DNA of 42,002 nucleotides from a virus (Duplodnaviria; Heunggongvirae; Uroviricota; Caudoviricetes): IMG/VR virus record IMGVR_UViG_2563366918_000005; one strand, 5' to 3'. Shown piece by piece: positions 35,849 to 42,002 of this stretch (position 1 is its first letter; each line of letters starts with the position of its first letter). The notes under the pieces were generated by a model. It saw only the letters and a program-made list of their open reading frames with translations, ran no database searches and was not told where the DNA came from. The position numbers and the translations under genes were made by a program.

Positions 35849-36433
35849 ATGAAAAGTATCCAGGACGTCCGCAGGCAAAATCTCAACGACTTGATCGACC
35901 GTGAATTCAATGGTGTTCAGACGCGGATGGCAGAAAAACTTGGAACTCAGGCAAATCTGGTAAACCGCTGGGCTCTTGGCAAGAAGGTTATCGGCGACCA
36001 GGTTGCACGAAAAATTGAAGCTGCCGCCAATAAACCCCGTAACTGGCTTGATATTGATCGCTCGCTTTCTCAGGAGGGTTTTCAGCCTGTCGGCCCGAGC
36101 GATATAGGTCAGCTGGCGGCTCACAACCTGGAACGCTGGATGAGCGAAAGCCGCGACCTTTCAACGCAGGGAAAACTACACCGCGCATCCGGCGTCGCCC
36201 AGGTGACAATCAGCCGCCTGTTAAACAATGAGGTCAGCGTTTCCATTTCCACCCTGGAGAATGTTGCATCCGCATTCGGGCGTCACGGCTATGAATTACT
36301 GATTCACCCGCACGACCCTGCGACCATCAACTATGATCGCTCGCGCTACGCATTGTTACCCGAAACCGAGAAAGCAAAGATCGAAAGTTACATTGAATTT
36401 GTCATCAACCAGAACGAAAAAAACAAACAATAA
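35849..36433 (+). CDS. Prophage repressor (CI-like by position) with two XRE-type HTH modules and no peptidase S24/LexA-like autocleavage domain
   Basis: HTH1 QTRMAEKLGTQANLVNRWALGKKVIGDQVARKIE. HTH2 KLHRASGVAQVTISRLLNNEVSVSISTLENVASAFG. No Ala-Gly/Ser-Lys cleavage-domain signature. Own terminator downstream. Confidence 0.6.
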   Translation: MKSIQDVRRQNLNDLIDREFNGVQTRMAEKLGTQANLVNRWALGKKVIGDQVARKIEAAANKPRNWLDIDRSLSQEGFQPVGPSDIGQLAAHNLERWMSESRDLSTQGKLHRASGVAQVTISRLLNNEVSVSISTLENVASAFGRHGYELLIHPHDPATINYDRSRYALLPETEKAKIESYIEFVINQNEKNKQ

Positions 36434-36455
36434 AATCATATTTTTCAGTAAGTAA

Positions 36456-36478
36456 GCCGCCAGAAGGCGGCTTTTTTA
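36456..36478 (+). terminator. Intrinsic terminator after the repressor gene
   Basis: gccgcc-agaa-ggcggc followed by T6. Confidence 0.7.
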
Positions 36479-36490
36479 TTGCCTATTCGA

Positions 36491-36505
36491 TTACCTAATG
36501 GGTAA
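36491..36505. promoter_or_regulatory. Dispersed palindrome copy 13: TTACCTAATGGGTAA (perfect)
   Basis: ~20 nt upstream of the -35 of the rightward early promoter. Confidence 0.55.
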
Positions 36506-36524
36506 TTTTTTTAACTCATATCTA

Positions 36525-36553
36525 TTGACATCAAACCAGATACGCATAATTAT
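36525..36553 (+). promoter_or_regulatory. Rightward early (PR-like) promoter TTGACA-17-AATTAT
   Basis: -35 at 36525-36530, -10 at 36548-36553. Operator copy 14 covers the predicted +1. Confidence 0.35.
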
Positions 36554-36567
36554 TACCTCAACGGTAA
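36553..36567. promoter_or_regulatory. Dispersed palindrome copy 14: TTACCTCAACGGTAA (perfect)
   Basis: Overlaps -10/+1 of the rightward early promoter. A GGTAAC half-site repeat follows at 36576. Confidence 0.55.
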
Positions 36568-36586
36568 CAGACCGAGGTAACAAGTT

Positions 36587-36739
36587 ATGCAGTGGAAAAT
36601 CATCAACGGTTGGTACTGCGTTACTGCATGCGGATTCATGAGCTGGAAGTTCCGCACCTTACAGGAAGGCATTAAGTGGGCTTTCGTCAGCAAAGAAGCT
36701 CGCGATGTGGCCAACGATAACGAGATATGGGAGGGCTGA
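36587..36739 (+). CDS. Small first gene of the rightward early operon (50 aa; below ORF-track cutoff)
   Basis: SD gaggt 8 nt upstream. MQWKIINGWYCVTACGFMSWKF... Confidence 0.35.
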   Translation: MQWKIINGWYCVTACGFMSWKFRTLQEGIKWAFVSKEARDVANDNEIWEG

Positions 36740-36741
36740 TA

Positions 36742-37041
36742 ATGAACGTTAATCAGCAGAAAAATCTTCAAAAAATCATGCTGGCATTCGACAAGGACTA
36801 CCGCCTGTCAGAACAGCTATATGACCGACAAGTTGAACTGATTGAGAGTATCCGGCTTCATCAACTGGCATCAACTTTCGACGTTGTAACAGTTAAAGGC
36901 GTTCGCCAGGAAGTACTGGAGGCCGCTAAAGACAGCCCTGAGTTCGAAGAACTAATGGATGCCTACCGGCGCGAGGCAATGGCAATTATCGCCCGCTGGG
37001 ATCTGGCTGATCAGATTGATGGGCAGAGGGACGCGGCATGA
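36742..37041 (+). CDS. Hypothetical early protein (99 aa)
   Basis: SD gggagg upstream. Start at MNVNQQ, not the ORF-track 36727. Confidence 0.45.
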   Translation: MNVNQQKNLQKIMLAFDKDYRLSEQLYDRQVELIESIRLHQLASTFDVVTVKGVRQEVLEAAKDSPEFEELMDAYRREAMAIIARWDLADQIDGQRDAA

Positions 37042-37859
37042 ATCCGGGAATTTATTTCGATATCAGCAACGAGGACTACCACGCCGGTGACGGCGTGAGT
37101 AAGTCGCAGCTAGATATGGTGGCTAAGAACCCTGCCCTTCTGAAATGGGTGAAGGCTGCTCCGGAAGACGAAGAGAAGAAGTCTGCACTGGACATGGGTA
37201 CTGCTCTGCACTGTCTGCTTCTGGAACCTGGAGAGTTTGACAAACGCTTCATCGTTTCACCGAAATTCGATCGTCGGACAAAACAAGGTAAAGCTGACGA
37301 AGAGGCATTTATTCGTGATGTAGCGGATATGGGGATTTCGGTACTTGATGCAGAGCAGTGGCGAAAACTGGAGCTGATGCGTGATAGCGCAATGGCTCAC
37401 CCGGCGGCACGCTGGATGTTGGAAGCACCTGGTTACTGCGAAGCATCAATGTACTGGAACGATGAAGATACGGGTGAGTTGTGCCGAATTCGTCCAGACA
37501 AATGGCTGAACGAGCACAACGTGATCGTCGACGTGAAAAAGGTTGCAGATATGGACCGTTTTGCACGCCACATCGAGGAGTTCCGCTACCACGTGCAGGA
37601 CGCAATGTACCGCGAAGGCGCAATGAGGGTTACTGGTCAGCCACATGGTTTTTTCTTTCTTGCCGTGAGCGAAAGCATTGATTGTGGTCGGTATCCGGTA
37701 CGCGTGTTCGAGCTGGATGCGCCGGATGTCGATGCCGGGCACGCTCTGTTCCGCCGGGATCTGAATACCTATCACGAATGCCGCATCAACGATGAGTGGG
37801 GCGGAGTGGAAATTATTAAACGCCCTGACTGGGCACGTAAACAGGATATGTACGTATGA
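37038..37859 (+). CDS. PD-(D/E)XK-family exonuclease (recombination exonuclease, YqaJ/lambda-Exo-like role)
   Basis: D..E.K-type motif block IVDVKKV. Paired with a RecT-like gene downstream with overlapping stop/start. Confidence 0.55.
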   Translation: MNPGIYFDISNEDYHAGDGVSKSQLDMVAKNPALLKWVKAAPEDEEKKSALDMGTALHCLLLEPGEFDKRFIVSPKFDRRTKQGKADEEAFIRDVADMGISVLDAEQWRKLELMRDSAMAHPAARWMLEAPGYCEASMYWNDEDTGELCRIRPDKWLNEHNVIVDVKKVADMDRFARHIEEFRYHVQDAMYREGAMRVTGQPHGFFFLAVSESIDCGRYPVRVFELDAPDVDAGHALFRRDLNTYHECRINDEWGGVEIIKRPDWARKQDMYV

Positions 37860-38737
37860 GCAATGATATCGCAATCACATCACAACCAGGCGCAACTGTA
37901 GGTACTGCTGCGGCAATCTTCAGCCCGGAGGGCATGAATCAACTGGTGCGTTTCGCGGAGTTGATGTCACAAAGCAAAGCGACTGTACCGAAACATCTTG
38001 AAGGCAAACCTGCCGATTGTCTGGCGGTGACCATGCAGGCGGCACAGTGGGGAATGAATCCTTTCGCCGTGGCGCAGAAAACGCATGTGGTAAACGGAAC
38101 GTTAGGCTACGAAGCACAGTTGGTAAACGCGGTCGTATCCTCTTCCAGCCTGCTAGCGACACGCCTGAATTATCGCTGGAGCGGTGACTGGTCGAATGTT
38201 AACGGCAAAACAGATAAATCACCGAATCTGACGGTAACTGTGTCAGCAGTTCTTAAAGGAGAAGCAGAACCCCGTGAGCTTACCATCAGTATGGCGCAAG
38301 CCGGAGTGCGTAACTCTCCATTGTGGGAACAGGATCCGCGCCAGCAGCTTGCCTATCTTTGCACGAAACGATGGGCTCGCCTGCACGCTCCTGATGTACT
38401 TCTCGGTGTTTACACCCCTGACGAATTACAGGAAACGGCACCGCGCGTTGAGCGAGACATTACTCCGCAAACGACCACTGCTGCGGGAATGAACAGTCTG
38501 ATCAACGCTAAACCAGCGAAAAAGCCTGATGAGCAAACGCGTAAAGCGGATAGCCGTGATCCAGAAGAAATGCTGATGGCCTTTACCAGCGCAGCGATGA
38601 ATTACAGCACTGTCTCCGAACTGGATAAGGCTTACAAATACATTGCACAAAAACTTTCAGATGATGACGAACTGCTGGCAAAAGCCACCGACGTTTACAG
38701 CGTTCGTCGGGAAGAATTAAACGAAACATCTATGTAA
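37856..38737 (+). CDS. RecT-family single-strand annealing protein
   Basis: Size 293 aa. Position after the exonuclease. RecT-like central region; family assignment from memory. Confidence 0.55.
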   Translation: MSNDIAITSQPGATVGTAAAIFSPEGMNQLVRFAELMSQSKATVPKHLEGKPADCLAVTMQAAQWGMNPFAVAQKTHVVNGTLGYEAQLVNAVVSSSSLLATRLNYRWSGDWSNVNGKTDKSPNLTVTVSAVLKGEAEPRELTISMAQAGVRNSPLWEQDPRQQLAYLCTKRWARLHAPDVLLGVYTPDELQETAPRVERDITPQTTTAAGMNSLINAKPAKKPDEQTRKADSRDPEEMLMAFTSAAMNYSTVSELDKAYKYIAQKLSDDDELLAKATDVYSVRREELNETSM

Positions 38738-38786
38738 CCACCACCGCGGCGCCACGCGCGCCGCACTGCAACCAAGAGAGGTATTT

Positions 38787-39035
38787 ATGAAAGGTGCATT
38801 AGGTAAGAAGGAACTCCTGGCGGTGGTGCCACTGTCATGGAGCACTATCGACCGTATGGAGCGCGCAGGGGAATTTCCTAAACGCTGGTATATCACCGAT
38901 AAACGCTGCGCATGGAACCGTGATGAAGTTGAGCGTTGGCTTGATGAACGTCAGGCAGCAAGCCCGGCAGAGTTCCAGGGTAAAAAACCTCCTGTTCAGC
39001 AACGTGTATATCGTCCCGTGAGCAACGCGGCATGA
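38787..39035 (+). CDS. AlpA/Xis-family small DNA-binding protein (probable excisionase/directionality factor)
   Basis: LSWSTIDRMERAGEFPKRWYITDKRCAWNRDEVERWLDERQ has the MerR-type HTH typical of the AlpA family. Integrase-proximal. Confidence 0.6.
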   Translation: MKGALGKKELLAVVPLSWSTIDRMERAGEFPKRWYITDKRCAWNRDEVERWLDERQAASPAEFQGKKPPVQQRVYRPVSNAA

Positions 39036-39144
39036 GTGTGCTGCTAAGGCACTGGAGCAAATGGTCAGGATGGTACTTATTCCTGGCCTCTGTTTCTGCA
39101 TGGCTTTATCTGCTGGCATTAATTTTCAGAGAGGGTTGGATTAA

Positions 39145-39444
39145 GTGAGAAAGTTAAGCCGACTTGAAAAATATCACATGAACAAGGTTTCAATGCGCAG
39201 CCCTTCAAAGGTTGTTGCCGTTACTCCTGCGGCGATAGAGATCGAAAAACGCGCGATTGAAAGAGAGAAAAAAGGGCAGTTCCGCATTGCCGCCCACCTT
39301 TGGCTTCAGTGTATGGATGTTGCTTCTGGTGATGTTGAGCGTGCAAGGATCGCGGTTCGCAGGGACCAATGTATCACAAAAGGTAACGGCCTTCGCCGTG
39401 GCGACTATAGCGGCATAGGATGTTGCGGGGTGGTTTATGACTAA
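39145..39444 (+). CDS. PerC-like transcriptional regulator family protein (GTG start)
   Basis: FRIAAHLWLQCMDVASGDVERARIAVRRDQC resembles PerC family proteins. SD gaggg upstream of GTG. Confidence 0.35.
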   Translation: MRKLSRLEKYHMNKVSMRSPSKVVAVTPAAIEIEKRAIEREKKGQFRIAAHLWLQCMDVASGDVERARIAVRRDQCITKGNGLRRGDYSGIGCCGVVYD

Positions 39445-40087
39445 GAAATACACACTAATCTATGCAGATCCACCCTGGGTATACCGGGACAAAGCCGCAG
39501 ATGGTAATCGCGGTGCCGGTTTTAAATATCCGGTTATGAGTGTGCTGGATATCTGCCGCCTTCCTGTGTGGGATTTGGCCGATGAAAACTGTCTGTTGGC
39601 CATGTGGTGGGTGCCAACACAACCACTCGAAGCACTAAAAGTTGTTGAAGCCTGGGGATTCCGTCTGATGACCATGAAGGGCTTCACGTGGATAAAATGT
39701 GGTAGTCGACAACCAGATAAACTGGTTATGGGTATGGGACACATGACTCGCGCCAATAGTGAAGATTGCCTGTTTGCAGTAAAGGGAAAACTACCTCCGC
39801 GCATTAATGCAGGGATCGTTCAGTCATTTACCGCACCGCGGCTTGAGCATTCAAGAAAACCAGATGTCGTTCGTGAAAAACTTGTGCAATTGTTAGGCGA
39901 TGTTTCTCGCATTGAACTGTTCGCCCGCCAGTCGTCTCATGGCTTCGATGTTTGGGGTAATCAGTGCGAAGACCCGGCAGTGCAACTACACCCTGGATAC
40001 GCATTGGATATTGCCAGATTAACAAATGCATTCAGCAATGCTCAGGTGTCACCAATAGACAACCAGGGGCGGGAGCGTGCAGCATGA
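39437..40087 (+). CDS. MT-A70-family DNA N6-adenine methyltransferase (orphan, no cognate nuclease seen)
   Basis: Catalytic DPPW motif (YADPPWVY). 216 aa. Confidence 0.7.
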   Translation: MTKKYTLIYADPPWVYRDKAADGNRGAGFKYPVMSVLDICRLPVWDLADENCLLAMWWVPTQPLEALKVVEAWGFRLMTMKGFTWIKCGSRQPDKLVMGMGHMTRANSEDCLFAVKGKLPPRINAGIVQSFTAPRLEHSRKPDVVREKLVQLLGDVSRIELFARQSSHGFDVWGNQCEDPAVQLHPGYALDIARLTNAFSNAQVSPIDNQGRERAA

Positions 40088-40743
40088 ACCTATATCAACG
40101 CATCAATGGCGCTGACTGGTGCAATATCTTCGTCGTCGGCGATCTGCATGGGTGCTACACGCTGCTGATGAACGAACTCGACAAAGTTTCATTCGACCCG
40201 GCGCGCGATTTACTTATTTCCGTTGGTGACCTTGTTGACCGCGGCGCTGAAAACGTCGAATGCCTGGATTTGATTACTATGCCGTGGTTCCGAGCTGTTC
40301 GTGGCAACCATGAGCAGATGATGCTGGATGCACTGGTCAACGGCGGAAGTTTCGGACATTGGATGTCAAACGGCGGTGGATGGTGGCACCAACTTGATTC
40401 TGAGCAGGATGTGCAACTCAAATACCTTCTGCCAAAGATTACCAACCTCCCGATGATTATCGAACTGGTTACCGGCAATAAGAAGGTCGTCATCTGTCAC
40501 GCAGACTACCCGCACAACGAATACGCATTCGATAAGCCAGTACCAGAAGAAATGGTGATATGGAATCGTGAGCGGGTTAGCGACGCGCAGGACGGTATTG
40601 TCTCGGAGATAACCGGTGCCGATTTGTTCATCTTCGGTCATACGCCAGCACATCACCCACTGGTGTATGCAAACCAGATGTACATCGACACCGGCGCAGT
40701 GTTCTGCGGAAATCTGACGCTTACCAAAGTCCAGGAAGGATAG
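40084..40743 (+). CDS. Ser/Thr protein phosphatase, lambda-PPase-like metallophosphoesterase
   Basis: GDLHG, GDLVDRG and GNHE metallophosphatase motifs. ATGA overlap with the methyltransferase stop. Confidence 0.75.
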   Translation: MNLYQRINGADWCNIFVVGDLHGCYTLLMNELDKVSFDPARDLLISVGDLVDRGAENVECLDLITMPWFRAVRGNHEQMMLDALVNGGSFGHWMSNGGGWWHQLDSEQDVQLKYLLPKITNLPMIIELVTGNKKVVICHADYPHNEYAFDKPVPEEMVIWNRERVSDAQDGIVSEITGADLFIFGHTPAHHPLVYANQMYIDTGAVFCGNLTLTKVQEG

Positions 40744-40745
40744 AA

Positions 40746-42002
40746 TTATTTATTACTGTCTTCCATCCACCTCTCAAACTTCGACGGGGAGAACGGAATC
40801 AGATCCGTATGCTCCCCGTTAATCCAGGAATCAATCATATCGGCCCACTGCTGCAACATGTAGGCGCGCTGTCTGGCGTATTCCGCTTTGTTATATACGG
40901 CGCGCACACCTTTCTGCTCATGTGCCAGAGCCTTTTCAATCCAGTCTGAAGGATAACCAGCCTCATGCAACAACGTACTGGCTGTACGGCGCATATCATG
41001 TACGGTGAAGTCCTGAATATGCTCACCATCTTCATTTATTATTTTCACCGTTCTGTCGATCAGAGAGTTCAGCGCGGCATTAGATAATGGCTTCCGGAAG
41101 TTGTAACGACCAGGAACCAGATATTCACTTCCACCAGCGCACATCTGCAACCCGACCAATATATCCTGTGCCTGTTTAGGCAGGTAAATAACATGCGCCC
41201 GGCTTCCCTTCATGCGGTCTGAAGGAATTGTCCATGTCCATTTTTTAAAATCTATTTCGTCCCACGTTGCATTGGTGAATTCGCCTTTACGAACCATAGT
41301 GATAAGCACCAGCTTTAAAGCCATTTTCATAGTGCCCATAGCACCAATGGCATCCAGCGTGCGGAAGAACAGGCCAATTTCTTCTGGTGTCAGTGTTCGC
41401 TCTCGTGGTTTAAATATGGCGATAGACGAAGGTTTAATGTCAGCCGCAGGATTAAACAAACCATGACCACGGTCATTGGCGTGACGGTATACGCTGCTGA
41501 TGATCTCCCTGGCCTGCACTGCTGTTGCCCGACCACCGCGTTCGACAATCCGGTCACACAAATCACGAACCATCGATGTGGTAATTTCAGTCATCATTTT
41601 GTTGCCAAGAAACGGAAGTATGTCACGGTCGATCACCGCCTGCTTCATTGCGCGGGTACTGTCAGCCAGGATGACATGTTTCATATAACTGTCGGTATGT
41701 ACCGCAAACGTCTCGGCACCACGAATCTTTTTGATACCGTCACGTTTAGCCGCAGCCGGTGACTGGCCTGCTTTAAGCAGCTTCTTTGCAGCAATCAGTT
41801 CTTCTCGCGCTTCTGCCAGGCTGATACCGTCACGCCCATACTGCCCGATTACCAGTGTTTCGCGGCGACCGTTGATACGGTAGTCATAGCGAAACGAGAC
41901 CGTGCCTGACGTAAGCACAGCTACATACAGCCCGTCACGATCGGAGACCTTGTACAGTTTGTCCTGCGGCTTGAGGTTTTTTAATTTTGTATCGGTAAGC
42001 AC
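40746..42002 (-). CDS. Tyrosine integrase (P4-like, with N-terminal arm-binding domain); N-terminal codons at or beyond the window edge
   Basis: LTDTKLKNLKP...GLYVAVLTSGTVSFRYDYR N-terminal signature. C-terminal catalytic R...H..R...Y region (HDMRRT...Y). The ORF runs to the last base of the window. Confidence 0.8.
   Translation of the reverse strand: MLTDTKLKNLKPQDKLYKVSDRDGLYVAVLTSGTVSFRYDYRINGRRETLVIGQYGRDGISLAEAREELIAAKKLLKAGQSPAAAKRDGIKKIRGAETFAVHTDSYMKHVILADSTRAMKQAVIDRDILPFLGNKMMTEITTSMVRDLCDRIVERGGRATAVQAREIISSVYRHANDRGHGLFNPAADIKPSSIAIFKPRERTLTPEEIGLFFRTLDAIGAMGTMKMALKLVLITMVRKGEFTNATWDEIDFKKWTWTIPSDRMKGSRAHVIYLPKQAQDILVGLQMCAGGSEYLVPGRYNFRKPLSNAALNSLIDRTVKIINEDGEHIQDFTVHDMRRTASTLLHEAGYPSDWIEKALAHEQKGVRAVYNKAEYARQRAYMLQQWADMIDSWINGEHTDLIPFSPSKFERWMEDSNK

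Noticed and set aside
36525-36560. Alternative -10 CATAAT at 36545-36550 for the PR-like promoter
   Set aside because: It gives only a 14-nt spacer to TTGACA, so the 17-nt-spaced AATTAT was preferred. The promoter call remains low confidence.
1-42002. CRISPR arrays, restriction-modification pairs, toxin-antitoxin pairs
   Set aside because: No direct-repeat/spacer array, no nuclease partner for the methyltransferase and no obvious TA gene pair were seen on reading both strands.

Overview
The window holds the left junction and almost the whole of a ~40 kb integrated podovirus-like prophage. On tailspike N-terminus, T7-like tail tubular A/B and portal, it resembles the epsilon15/phiV10 group. 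Its early region is lambdoid.

Layout, left to right:
- 1-1150: two host genes, a YfgH-like glycine-zipper lipoprotein and a YfgI-like secreted protein, then an intrinsic terminator.
- ~1150-1860: an IS200 copy sitting at the junction.
- 2000-30011: the late operon, all on the minus strand. In transcription order it reads terS, terL, portal, scaffold, major capsid, tail tubular A/B, three large ejection proteins, two small membrane proteins, then (after a plus-strand block) tailspike, two holin-like proteins, a GH19 endolysin and nested spanins.
- 25652-27868: between terL and portal sits a plus-strand insertion. It carries a tRNA-Arg(UCU), two terminators and an AT-rich membrane/coiled-coil gene cleanly split by IS1 with a 9-bp target-site duplication.
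- 6736-9044: between tailspike and the ejection genes sits a P22 immI-like plus-strand block. A perfect LexA box is followed by an 85-aa protein, then a Bro-N antirepressor-like protein whose C-terminus is paralogous to the 85-aa protein. Next comes an AT-rich TM protein gated by a uORF plus terminator, then a small signal-peptide ORF.
- 30052-35694: the leftward early operon (minus strand). It runs Cro-like, Zn-finger protein, lambda O-like initiator with internal iteron-like repeats, lambda P-like loader, then DUF1064, DUF551 and NinX-like proteins.
- 35849-36433: a two-HTH repressor on the plus strand with no peptidase S24 domain.
- 36587-40743: the rightward early operon. It carries a PD-(D/E)XK exonuclease, RecT, AlpA-like Xis, a PerC-like protein, an MT-A70 methyltransferase and a lambda-type phosphatase.
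- 40746-42002: a tyrosine integrase running into the window edge.

The most striking non-coding signal is a 15-bp palindrome, TTACC-N5-GGTAA. It occurs at 14 intergenic sites, 9 with perfect arms. Three sit between cro and cI, two flank the PR-like promoter, and the rest lie at moron and late-operon starts. This looks like a dispersed operator network.
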